Assembly (NCBI GenBank): GCA_046563655.1 | Contig: CM102285.1 | Span: 310,001 to 374,000, forward strand | DNA from: Yuukianura sp. NJ FZ-2021 | Taxonomy: Eukaryota | Direction: 5' to 3' | DNA length: 64,000 nt | Shown here: positions 25,769 to 40,401 of the stretch, in pieces | Layout: every line of letters starts with the position of its first letter | Numbering within the stretch: the first letter of the stretch is position 1 | Translations under genes and position numbers: made by a program | The notes under the pieces: model-generated | The model's input: the letters and a program-made list of their open reading frames with translations, nothing else | Databases searched by the model: none | Told to the model about the DNA's origin: nothing

Positions 25769-27833
25769 ATGGCAAACGCACCAGTAATTGGAATTGATTT
25801 GGGCACAACGTACTCTCGTGTTGCCGTCTTTCAAAACGGAAGGGTTGAAATTATTGCCAATGACCAGGGAAACAGGAAAACGCCCAGCTACATTGCCTTC
25901 ACATACCCCGAACGTCTCATCGGAGATGCTGCCAAGAATCAAGCGGACATGAATCCATCCAACACCAACATCATCTTTGGTAAGGCTTAATTTCATTGCA
26001 ATTAACGTTTAGTTCAAACTGAAATGAAATTGACACAGTACTTGGATTATTCGTTGGTTTTAGATGCGAAGCGACTCATTGGACGCAAGTTTTACGACTC
26101 CTCGGTTCAATCGGATATGGAGCACTGGCCATTCGATGTCATCTACGACAATGGGAAGCCCAAATTTCAAGTTGAGTACAAGTTAGAGCAGAAAAGCTTC
26201 TCCCCTGAGGAAGCCTCGGCGATGGTTCTGACCAAGATGAAGGAAACTGCTGAAGCCTACTTGGGCAAGACTGTCACTGACGCTGTCATCAGTGTTCCAG
26301 CCTACTTCAACGACTCTCAACGGCAGGCTACCATGGACGCTGGAAGCATCGCTGGACTCAACGTGCTCCGTATCATGAGCGAACCTTCCGCAGCTGCTAT
26401 CGCTTATCGTCTCGAGAATAAAATAGTAACGGCCACAGACTTGCAACCACATTGAGTCTCTTACGCTTGAAAGCTAATTATGAATTTTACGTTTTTCAGG
26501 GCAAGGATGATGTACGGAACGTCTTGATCTTCGATCTTGGAGGTGGAACCTTCGATGTGTCAATTCTGACCATTGACGGCGGAATCCTCGAAGTCAAGGC
26601 TACGGCTGGTGACACTCACTTGGGAGGTGTAGATTTCGACGACCGGATGGTGACTCACTTCATCAAGGAATTCAGGCGGAGGCATAGGAAGTCTTTGGCT
26701 CATGACAAGCAAGCCCTTCTGCGACTGAGAACTGCTTGCGAGCTGCTCAAGCGAACACTGTCAAATTCCACTCACGCATCCATTGAAATCCATTCGCTCT
26801 CTGGTCGCATTAACTTCCGCGCCTCAATCACTCGTGGTCGATTCGAAGAACTCAACGCTGATCTCTTCCATAGAACTTTGGAACTAATTGAGCAGGTAAA
26901 TTTTTCAACTAAAAAGAACAAACAACTAAATAACATAAAAATCAATAGAAAACAGAAAACTTGAAAACTAACAACTTAGTTGTTTGTTTAGTCTCTTCGT
27001 GATGCCAAGATGGGCAAGGACCAGATCCACGACGTCGTCTTGGTCGGAGGTTCAACTCGAATTCCCAAGATCCAGAAGCTCCTTCAAAACTTCTTCAATG
27101 GAAAGGAATTGAACAAATCCATCAACCCCGACGAAGCCGTTGCTTATGGCGCTGCTGTTCTGGCTGCCATTTTCCATGCTGACAAGTCGGAAGAGGTTCC
27201 GGATCTCCTTGTGCTGGACGCTACTTCTCGCAGCTTAGGATTCGAATCTGCTGGTGGTGTCATGACCACTCTCATCAAGCGGAACACAACCATTCCAACC
27301 AAGCAGACTCTAACCGTCAGCACCTACACAGACAACCAGACTGATGTGTTCATTGAAGTAAGATTTCCACCAAAATTCCAGCTTCTTTCAAACTATCGAT
27401 TGAGAGCATGATTGTTCGAGTCCATGCCATAATCTAAGCAACAACAATCTAAGCAAACCAAAATCTAAGCATGCTAAATTACGTAGTTAGCAAGGAAATT
27501 ATGCTAACCATGACCTAACCTAACTAACCTAACCATTAAAACCTACTCCAAATCCATTGTAAGATCATGCTTAGATTTTGGCTTGCTTAGATTATGGCCT
27601 GCTTCGGATTGTTCTAATCTTTGAGTTTTCCCACTTTTCAGGTTTTTCAAGGAGAAAGATTAATGGCAAAGGACAACGACAACCTCGGAGGGCTCGAGTT
27701 GATTGGAATTCCACCAGCGCCAGAAGGAGTTCCACGAATTGAAGTCACTTTTGACGTAGACGTCAACGGAATCTTGAATGTCATTGCAGGCGTATTAGGC
27801 GAGACTGAGTGCCGTCGACTAAAGGATAAGTAG
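25769..27833 (+). CDS. Cytosolic Hsp70/Hsc70-like protein, ~508 aa, C-terminally truncated (no helical lid or EEVD)
   Basis: Exons 25769-25979, 26064-26425, 26500-26895, 26992-27357 and 27642-27833 are in frame. Signatures [22 protein letters not shown] and [14 protein letters not shown] are present. Homology stops after [11 protein letters not shown]. Confidence 0.9.
27426..27598. mobile_element. Small MITE-like inverted repeat in Hsp70 intron 4
   Basis: GCCATAATCTAAGCA...CCAAAATCTAAGCATG pairs with CATGCTTAGATTTTGG...TGCTTAGATTATGGC, around a CCTAA-rich core. Confidence 0.65.
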
Positions 27834-28235
27834 GAATTAATTAAGCGTGATTTTAAAAAAGTGGACAAAAGGGAGGGAAAGTGAATCAACTCAATTTAGT
27901 GTCTACGGACATCCAGTCACTTTACGCAACTCAAAACTGTTCGCTCAATGCTAAAGGAGTCGAAGTAATTACAAGGTAGGTTTTTTCATCGGAGAGGAGT
28001 TCGGATTAGGTTAGGTACGGATTATATAACTTTGGTACAAAAACATTTACAATTTACAAATAAGTAAAAATAGTACAAAAATAAACAAATAAGTTTATTT
28101 AAAGAAACATGTATTAAAAGTTAAATTAATTTAAAAAAAAAAGAATTTTTTGGGGAATTTTTTTTTTCGGATAAGTTTTTGGAGAATGAGAAGGTAAGGC
28201 AAGGGCTTCAGGAATTAAGTTCGCAGTATGTAACA

Positions 28236-28506
28236 ACAAGGTCAGGCGAAAATCGTGCCAGCCAATCAGAATCCATGAAATATTTTCAAATATTGCCCGG
28301 TTAATTAAATGAATTCATAGTTTTGTGAAATATATTTTGAAAATAGTAGAAATAGGTGTAGGTTTTAGTAAAAACAATGTTGTAATAGTACAATAATTCC
28401 ACATTTCGAAACTTTGTTTTTAAAAAAAAAAGCTTTTTTTATTGTTGAAAAACTCTTTTGAAAAAAAAGTTTGTTTTTTTTTTTCGAAAAAAAAATGTTA
28501 TGTAAA
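28236..28506 (+). repeat. Right copy of the direct repeat (LAS1L 3'UTR and stop region)
   Basis: Homologous to 25128-25384 and includes the LAS1L stop at 28498-28500. Confidence 0.85.
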
Positions 28507-31023
28507 GGTGTAACCGAAAGGAATGCTTCGCCAGAATTCTGGTCCTCGGTCATCCAAAAGTCCGAAATTGTTTGATTCAAACGTTGACCTGTCGTCTGCA
28601 GAACGTTTTTGCCTTTCCTGTTCCAAAATGTGGTCGAGACTAATCAGCTGATTAGCAGATTTTCCGTTTCGCACTCCACCGTTAGACTTGTACGTTGGTT
28701 CTGTCCAGATTCCACCAAGTTCCTTGATCTTCTGCACAGTCGCAGTGCCTAGTTGCGGTTTTAACATACGCAGTAACCTAAACAAATGAAAAACCAAACA
28801 AATTCACTACAGTGCATTTTACTTTTTTATGGAAATTTAAAAAATTCCAAAGTATTAATCAATTTCAATCCATGTTTTTGGACTTTTCTATTTTAGAAAT
28901 AGAAAATTTTTAGTAAGAACTAAGAAATCTTTAGTACCTCGAAAGAAATATGGTCGAAAATTGATTAGGTGTTTTCATCGCAATTGGTAAAATGCTGGCA
29001 ATTTCTTGGCAGTAGTCAGTTGCATCTCTTTCCATGATCAGCAGAATCTTCTTGATCCAAATGGCACTCCACCGCTGCGTATTTTCAGCGTCGTGATCAT
29101 GTGCAGAGGTGGTATGGATTTTGGCCAGTTCTGCACAGACTGAGCCCAGCAGTTTCTTCCTTTGGAGTAATTTCATAACAGGAGTCCATACCATCCGGAA
29201 CTTCTTATTAGTTTCAGTAAAAACAGAAGAGAACTCTTGGTAAAACTGTGGAAGTGGAATCAGTTCAGCAGCGATTGCGCTGCAAGCGATAGTTTGTGTT
29301 TTGGATAGAAAGAGGTTGATGGAGTGCTTGAGTCCACGCATGACTGTTTTGGTTGGAAGGGACTTGGGGTGACTTGGCCAGAACTTGAGGATTTGAGGGT
29401 CCTTGACTCTCGTGGCTCCACGGAGGTGGTAGACCCTTGAAGCGACGTAAGCGGAAATAACTTCACAAGCATTTTGATAAACAAGGTGTTCCTCAACAGC
29501 GTTTTCATCAGCAGTGGAAGAATCAGCTGCTTCTGATTGGTTGGGTTGCGGTTGAGGCAGGGCCAGCATCTCGACTGGCCGAGTTTCAGTGTTGCCGCTT
29601 GGTATCCAGTAGTTGTCCTAGAATTAGAAAAAGTTGAGATTAATCGATTAGTTCAGAGGTTCCTCCAAAAACTTAGGTTTTACGGTAGCCCACTACTACT
29701 ATAATTCGATTTTTCTTGTTGCCGAACCTAAGAGTGGGATTCCAGACTAGTGCTCACCTGTCACCCAGTGCACCCAAACCTAGATGGGCATAAATTAAAT
29801 AAACTAATTTCATAATTACTTTTAAAATTACTTAAAAATCTCCAAATTAGTTTTAAAATTATTAAATAAATTTAAATTAAATTTTATTAATATGCAATAT
29901 TTTTTTGATATCGTTTTTTAGTTGTATTTTGGTTTTCACGAAAAATACAACTAAAAAACAGTAAAAAAAATTATTTCACATTAATAAAATTTAATTTAAA
30001 TTTATTTAATAATTTTAAAAGCAATTTGTAGATTTTTAAATAATTTTAAAAGTAATTATGAAATTAGTTTATTTAATTTATGCCCATCTAGGTTTGGGTG
30101 CACTGGGTGACACGTGAGCACTAGTCTGGAATCCCACTCTTAGGTTCGGCAACAAGAAAAATCGAATTATAGTAACATAAGACAAACATTGCTATAAGAG
30201 AGGTTCTTCTGTAATCTTTTTTAAGAAGATTGAACTGATTACTTGAAGCCAAGATTTGATGAAAGATGCAGCTGATTGTAGTGGAATTAGCGTTGGTAAA
30301 CTGCCACCATGCGTAGCTCCGTGCCGCATCTCAACCAGCCAGCTGGGAATGTTCATGTGGGCAGCCAATCGGTACATCGGAAGACCAATACCGCCGACGG
30401 CTTCAGTGGCAACGTGGCTCATGTGGTTCAAAAACCTAAACAAAATGTTCAAAAGTATGTTAAAGTAAAGAATTTATGTTAATCAGTTAATTTGAAAGTG
30501 AACTTACCTTACCAAAGCAAGTGAATAGAGAGTCCTTGCTTTCAAATTTTCAGCTGGATTGAACGGGTCACAGTTGAGGTCAAATGCCATGGCTTGAATC
30601 AAATACAAGGTCACTTCCACTCCAACAGGAAGAGAGGGCACTCTTGCTTGCCAAATCAGCAGTTTGTCCATGAGGCTATCGTAGTCGTCGGATATAAACT
30701 GCCCACAAGTCACGTCCCATTCTGTCCTGAAAGAAACGTAATAACAACGTAATTAGATTTGGTTATAGTTTAAATCATGCTGTAGGCTAATCAGTTAATC
30801 ACAAAATATTTGTCAAAAGCCAAGTATTTCTTAGTGATACTTGGCAAGTACTTTTCAGTGGTGTTTTTACTTACTGTGAAGTCCACGGTACGACCTGGAC
30901 GTTACGAAGATAAGAAGCAATTGCATGTTGGTCCAATTTGTCCGATTTGTTAGATTTCTTCTTCAGTTTGTTCAAGATTTCAATCCTCGGTAACGATACG
31001 TCGTTGCTCTTCTTTGCCTTCAT
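28498..31023 (-). CDS. LAS1L: Ribosomal biogenesis HEPN endoribonuclease LAS1-like
   Basis: Exons 31023-30875, 30726-30508, 30435-30243, 29617-28938 and 28777-28498 are in frame. Motifs VVPWTSQTEW, LPVGVEVT, LYSLALVRFLN, IPSWLVEMRHGATHG (HEPN RxxxxH) and C-terminal W..IPFG. Confidence 0.92.
29699..30172. mobile_element. Fold-back MITE (474-bp near-perfect palindrome) with TA target duplication, in a LAS1L intron
   Basis: CTATAATTCGATTTTTCTTGTTGCCGAACC... is the reverse complement of ...GGTTCGGCAACAAGAAAAATCGAATTATAG, and the arms pair over ~230 bp. TA lies at 29697-98 and 30173-74. Confidence 0.9.
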
Positions 31024-31580
31024 TTTACGGTGAGTGTCACAAGAACCTAATTAATAAAAGTAATTAACTACAATTAATCACACTTATTAGTCGATTAATT
31101 AACTTACGATTTGCGAAGGTTCCGTTGCTTCACGTGTCTTCTCTTCGACGACGGCTTTTTGCATGTGCGAATTTTTATTTACCTTTTCATTTCAATAATT
31201 TAGTTTCGAACCAGTTTGTTTTCCGCCGTTGTGTCTCAGAGCAAATACTCATCGAAAGCGCTGCTCAGAAAGTGTGAACAATAAGAAAAACTAGAACCCT
31301 TAACAAATTGTGGTATGTTTTATAAACTTTTCGTTTTTTAATTGCTTGAAACGTTTTGATGCTACAATTACGATAAGCAATATACTAATAAATGTTCGCG
31401 GTAAAAAAAATATAAAAATGTATTTCATCATAGAGAGTCAGTGAGTTGCTACTTTTCTAATCTGTTGACCTTTGACCTCTCATTCTACTGCTCTAAGCAA
31501 ATTACATTTGAAAACGTCTTCCTGTTTTGCTGCAAACGATTTACCGCGAAAGCCACCCGAATTCGAAAAAAAAAACGATT

Positions 31581-31917
31581 TCAGTGCATCTTCTTAAAGT
31601 TGCCGCCGGCAAAATCGATATGCTGCGGATGTTCTCTGTAGAACGTAACTTCGGGGCTTTTCAATTCGTGAACTCCCATTGCCAACCCACCAACTCCAGT
31701 CAATCCAACAACGCCCATCAACACTGCCAACTAAAAATAATTAATTATTATAATAATTAATAATAATAATTATTATTATTTATTATAATATTTAATTCCT
31801 TACATTCATATGGTGATCGACATGATGTCGGATCTTGCTCAAAAAGGAGTCTGCCAAGCGATTCATCTGCATGCTTTCCTGACACGCGCAGACCGCAAAA
31901 CGCATCACTTTGGACAT
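31581..31917 (-). CDS. NDUFA4/COXFA4 (B12D)-like single-TM microprotein, 87 aa
   Basis: Exons 31917-31804 and 31730-31581 (GT-AG, phase 0) give MSKVMRFAVCACQESMQMNRLADSFLSKIRHHVDHHMNLAVLMGVVGLTGVGGLAMGVHELKSPEVTFYREHPQHIDFAGGNFKKMH. The H..L..L..VG..G..L..PEV.F.R..P pattern resembles NDUFA4/C15orf48. It is absent from the ORF track. Confidence 0.65.
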
Positions 31918-33690
31918 TTTGTGTGACCCTGAAAAACCAGTTTTTAAAAAAAGTTCAAAATTTTTCAAAATGTGTCTTAGGTTATTGCTAGCTCGTGAAA
32001 ATGCTTCTAAATTGAAACTTTATAGTTAGGTCGTAGTTTGTAAACTAATTAAAAACGTGTTTTGTTACGAGTTGTTTTTGAATTGGTTCAAAATCCGGTT
32101 TTTAGTGACAATTGATTCAGAAGAGGCAATGATCTACACGATGAGCAAAAGTCGACTGGATGCGACGCAGAATAGGAAGCATTTGGAGAACAGAAGTGGA
32201 ATGTAAACAATAACAAAAAATAGTTTTTTAATATATTTACATGTATTTTTAGCATAATGCAATGGAAAATACTGGAAATGGAAAGCGAAAGACGCAATTT
32301 GTTATGCAACTTGAAATCTCAACTAAATTGCATGCGCATTACGATTTAAATGATATTTAACTTAACTAATTCTGCATTGTTTCTAATTTGCAACTTTAAG
32401 GTTCATGGCAGTAACCTCACTCTTCAAGGTCAACATTTTCAAAGACAAAAAAATTTAGTGGAGCGAAACAAAAAAAGAGAAATGGTAGTTTAGCACAGAA
32501 TTTTTTGAAAAAAAAATTGTGGTATAAGTAAAATATACTGAAACAAAAATTTACTTTGTAATAAAAATAAACATTTGAGTTTAGAATTAATTACATAAAA
32601 ATACTAAATTATTCTTTGATATTAATTTGGAATTGGTTTTGCAAAATGTCCCCCCATGGTTCTCTTTATGGATTTGTATAGTGTTTAGAGGCCTATTTCA
32701 ATTGGCTACTACGCAATCATGCACACGGGGACGGAGGTTGTTCCTCCTGACTTAAGCAGCACTGTCGTAGACAATGGTGGTATGTCGTAAAACACTCTTT
32801 AAATGGTGAAATTAATTAAACCAGAATGCTTCGTAGTCTTGCTGGGGTTTCGCGCCACACCCGTTCATTATCAATCACATTTTCTATTTCGGAAAAGTTC
32901 AAAAAGTCAAAATTCAGAAACACACAATGGGGACCCTCCACCCCAAAAAAAATTTCGTTTGCGGAAAACGATTGGAAGTGGTTTGAAATATTTTAAGCGA
33001 GTTTGGGACAGCGACGTTTCTTGAAGCACATTAACTTGACTGGATTTTTTTTCCAAAAGCTCCTGCCGCCTCTGGCTTCCACCAAATTGTTGCCACGAAT
33101 GGTGGGATCACGTTTTGGTGGGTTTCATTGGGGCGTTCATGTGAAATTCAAAAATAGAATCACTTGAATTTCAAATGCAACAATTTTTTCCCTTTTTCAA
33201 TTTCAGATCCAATTTTGCAAATTTTTTTTAAATGGCCTACTATAATCAAACAGAAGAATGAGTGACTACGACATAGCCTGAGTTCTTTTCCATTCCACTT
33301 GCATGGCAGCAGTCCGTCTCTCAGCTGATGTTGGACTTTTCCCTTTCATTTCCCATTCTCTTCGTCTTCCTCAATTCAGGTAAGGAGACACTCAAATCAA
33401 AACAAAGGATAATTCAATTACTAATTCATCGTAATTACCAAATCATCACATTACTCATCATCTTCACAAATCCTGCAGTTTATCTCTTACGCCTGGCTAC
33501 AAGGTCAACACAAAGATCAAGAATCTCTGGCTCCAAGATCCAACGTCTGGGAACAAGGTCATCTCTCTCATTCAATCCATACATAACCAATCGACATAGC
33601 AACGAAGAATCTACAAGATCAAGGTCAAAGGTCAAGAATTGGACTTGCGGTGACCAGTACTTGGTTGTGTGGGTGACTGGTGGGTCATTT

Positions 33691-36548
<2,858 letters not shown>

Positions 36549-38742
36549 CGAAGTGTGCAGTTTAGAAAAAAAACTAACAATTAACGTCAATTAGTTAACA
36601 AACTCAACATTTTTTTAAAGTTTATCAATTTTTGAGTTTTCGAATTTAATGAATTTCGAGTTTTCGTTTGTAGAATTTCAGTTTTAGAAATGTAGAATTG
36701 CTTGGATTTCTGCCTGTTGTGCAAACAGATTAGAGCAAAAGTTTTTTGTTAAAAAGTTTTCACTGTCATTTGGTTCGCAACAAAACTGTCAAAAATTAAT
36801 CAACTACGAGAAGTTGAACTTATTGTGTTGATGTATTTGTAGTTTACAGAAGTGCGTGTTGAGTGGATTGATTGTTGCTAAGAATGACGTTGTTAGCTTT
36901 AAGGTGTTAAAATTATCACGAGGCATGAGTTCGACGAATCACAAATTTTTAGGGCGAAGAAGTTAAGTTTAGATTAATTCGTAATTGAATTAATTGTTAA
37001 GTTGAACTAGTTTAGGAAAAATTCGAAATCTGAAAAACTTTTGATAATTATTTCGAAAATGAGAAAAAATTTTAGTCACGATAGTTGAAATATTTCGATT
37101 TACTGATCAGTAGAATTTACAACTGTTTTAAATGATACCGTTTCTCATTTTAAGTTTCAATTTTAAAGTCAGCGTTTGTGATCTACTTTTGTTTTGTAAT
37201 TTTGATTTTTTTTTGTACAAAAAATAACTGAAAAACAAAAACAGCAGGATAAGTTTTTAACACAATTCGAAATATTTCAGTTGAATTTTGAAATAATTGT
37301 TTGTTTTTTTAAGAAAAGTGTCAAAATTGTCACTTGAGAGTGAGAAAAAGGTGTGCTAAACAGAATGAGATTTTTAAAACAACAAATATTTAAACAAATC
37401 GTTTGAAGTGATTAAGTAATTACAGACGTGTAATTGTAATTACACATTGTAATTACAGAGGTGTAATTACACGTTGTGTAATTAGTGGTGTAAAATGGCG
37501 TAAGTTGTAATGTTAACATCGTTGAGTTAGGTAAAATGTAAGGAGCTGTAAATTGTAAATGTGCAAAACCGTAACTTGGGAAAACTGTAAATTTGCAAAA
37601 TTGTAAATCGACAAAAGTGTAATGTGCAAAAACAGAGAAGCGGTTTATTGTAGTGTGCTGAATTTTAGAAATGCTGCTGATGCTGGAGCGTAGGTGTTTA
37701 GAGGCTGGATTGCGCATTGCGGAAGAGTAACTGGCTTAAACTTTTTAATTATTATTATTCTTACAATTAATTATCATTACAACTTATTAATTAGTTACTA
37801 AAAAAAAGCAAATGAATTTGTCTCGGCTCTTTTTTTTTTTGAATAAATTAGTGCTAAAATTCGATTAAAATAGGAGGAAGTGGCAAACACGACTAAAGGC
37901 CACTTAACATAAAACCACGACTTTAATTAATTACAATTAAAGTTAATTAAGGTTGCTTTAATTGAGGGATCTAATTAGTTTTTGTCTTTTTAATTGTTAT
38001 TGTTCTAAGAATTTGTAGCAAGCTATTGTTTTGAAAAGTTAACGAGAGTTTTTCCGTTGTGGGGCAAACTGAGACGCATCAAATCAAAAACGGGGGAAAG
38101 AATATTTTATCCCGCTCGGTTTGAATTTCCTTCCGGCAAAACAAAAAAAAATCAATTGACAATTGACAGGCCAGCAAGGAGGAGAATAACAGCAGGACGT
38201 CCATGTCAAGTAAGTTAACTTAATTGTTAATTAAGTTAAGTGTTAAATAGGTGAAGTTAATTATTAATTAAGCTATTCTACTATCTATTGCCTAGAAAAA
38301 CTTGAATTGATTAGTTCTGGTTCCAAAATATGTGTACGTTCATTTTGTGTCCTTTTGTGACATTTTTTAGGAGGTCAAGTCCCGCTCCCAGAGCCGAAGT
38401 CTCGCTCCGTTCCAGATTCACAGTTCAAGTCGACGTTACAACGTTTGACTTAAAAGTGATCACTGACGACGACTATCGTCCGATTCTCGTAAATGTTTAG
38501 CTTACACCGACGGGGATACTACTATAAGTTGGAACGGACAACGACGAGATCATCAAACTAATTCGTTCTTCATCTTGGACTGGACTTGGGTAATTCTTAT
38601 TCCGTTTTTTTAAAGATCCGTTAACGAAAGCGGGACATTCATTTTAACTTAATCTGGACATTGTTTAGTTGAAGCGGGATCAATGATTACTACTGAGACG
38701 GACTTTATTCAAGCCAAACTATAGGTTGAATTGAGTTGCAGG

Positions 38743-38826
38743 TTCATTCTGCAGTTCGAATCCCCATCCAACCACCAAGTTGGCTGGTTGCTGGTGGTTG
38801 GAGATGGATTCGAAGTGCAGAATGAA
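38743..38826. repeat. 84-nt hairpin (pre-miRNA-sized or small MITE)
   Basis: 35-nt arms TTCATTCTGCAGTTCGAATCCCCATCCAACCACCA and TGGTGGTTGGAGATGGATTCGAAGTGCAGAATGAA, with a 14-nt loop. Confidence 0.75.
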
Positions 38827-39352
38827 ATTCCAATTCACCCAATCTAACTAATCATCGTTTTAATTAGTAGATTTAACAATTAACATGCCTCCTTTGTCTT
38901 GTTTCTTTGAGTTTAGAAGGTAATTGAGGTCAAGGTCAATTCATCCATTGTCTAAAGGCCCATTGTCACCCAGATGTCCATTCATTTCTACTTCAGGGGA
39001 AATCAACAGATTAAAATCTGAGCTTAGAAAGTGAAAGCCAATGGAAACCCGAACAATCCCGTAGAACGGCCTTTGTAGTACTCCAGCATTCGACTTTAGT
39101 AGAGAATAGAAAGCCTAGAAGAGCAGTGAAAGTTCTATTCATTCCGAACCATTACACCCCCGAAGTTCCTTTATACTCCAACGTCCAACAGAACAATGCG
39201 GGTAACTTTCTATATCCAAAAAAACCGAATCGGATCAATGGTTGGATATATGATCTACGGACTCTCGTCCAAAAATCTACGTTTCACAAGTAGTAGGTAT
39301 GGTAAAGATCCCCTTTTTTACTCTAAGCCTGCCAGAATTGGAGAATGGGTTA

Positions 39353-39640
39353 CCGTAAACCCTCTAGTTAGAGCCCACATTTTTATACGAGTAGCATTTT
39401 ATAACGCAAGTTCTGTAAGAGAGGGGAGATACTGGCATATACCGTAGATTTCCAAATAGTACTGGCGGGGTGCTAATAATATTTAATAATTATTTAATCT
39501 TTATTTTTTTATCTAATAATATAAATTTATTTAATATTTAATTTTTAATTATTAGCCTAATTCGTTGGAGAATTACGGTAGGCGGAGTTAAAAATCCCAA
39601 AAATTTTCATAAGCGCGCTCTTATATTAGAGGATTTACGG
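39353..39640. mobile_element. pogo/Tigger-type MITE with a second one nested at 39442-39578
   Basis: Outer element TA|CCGTAAACCCTCTA...TAGAGGATTTACGG|TA; inner element TA|CCGTAGATTTCCAA...TTGGAGAATTACGG|TA. Confidence 0.7.
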
Positions 39641-40340
39641 TACTCCTAACAATGTGGAACCTTCATTTTGAAGTTTCCTTTCACTTTTCCCTTGAAAGGA
39701 AAAAGGAACTTTCACATTTTCCCTCGTTTGTGCCGTTTCTCCCTTCCGGACAGGGCGGCTTCGATCCGGGTGGACTGACGTCACTACCCGGGAGTTCCAC
39801 TTCCACAGAATACCCGGGAGGGACTATAAGTTACTATAAGTGGGGTGCTAAGGAGAGCATGACAAAAAGACTCCTCGTCACTCGTCCTATGACTTGCATT
39901 GTCACAAAGTTTTAGCGCTATACTCTAACTTTCTCTTATGCTCAAAAATGGAAAGCTGGTTACCCTAAATCAAAAAAATAATAAATATTTTCCTGGAAAT
40001 AGGGTAATGAGGATCACCCTAACTTTAACTAAAACTTAAGTTACAGCTTTTAAGGAAGATTTTTTTTTTAATTTTGGCTTTTTTTTTATTTCAGATTTTG
40101 AACAAGAATTAGTCCACTTTCCTCGGTTGGCGTTCGGAGAAGAAGGAAAAGCATAAAACTCTCCTGAGAGAAGAGAAAGAAGACAGCGTTGGCGCTGCTC
40201 CGTTTTTTGTGTCTATTGAGTTTGTTCGTTGGGTGGCCTGGAACTTGTAACTCTCAACTCGGCTCAAGAGGAAAACGAAAGGGAGTGGTTCCAAGCAAAC
40301 GGGAAAGAACAGGTCTCGTCCACTTCTACTTACAAGTCAT

Positions 40341-40401
40341 CTAAAAAGTCTAAAACTGTGACTAAAAAGTCCAAAACTGTGACTAAAAAGTCTAAAACTG
40401 T
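40341..40401 (+). repeat. 21-bp tandem repeat, ~3 copies (CTAAAAAGTCYAAAACTGTGA)
   Basis: Directly visible; probably in the G-alpha-o 5' leader. Confidence 0.8.

Noticed and set aside
24748-28797. Antisense ORFs overlapping the HP1 and Hsp70 exons
   Set aside because: Shadow ORFs of real coding exons, a well-known artefact for Hsp70.
33328-33690. N-terminal extension of RanBPM in the 197-aa ORF
   Set aside because: It runs through an apparent intron (donor CAG|GTAAGG ~33380) and has no homology, so it is treated as 5' leader.
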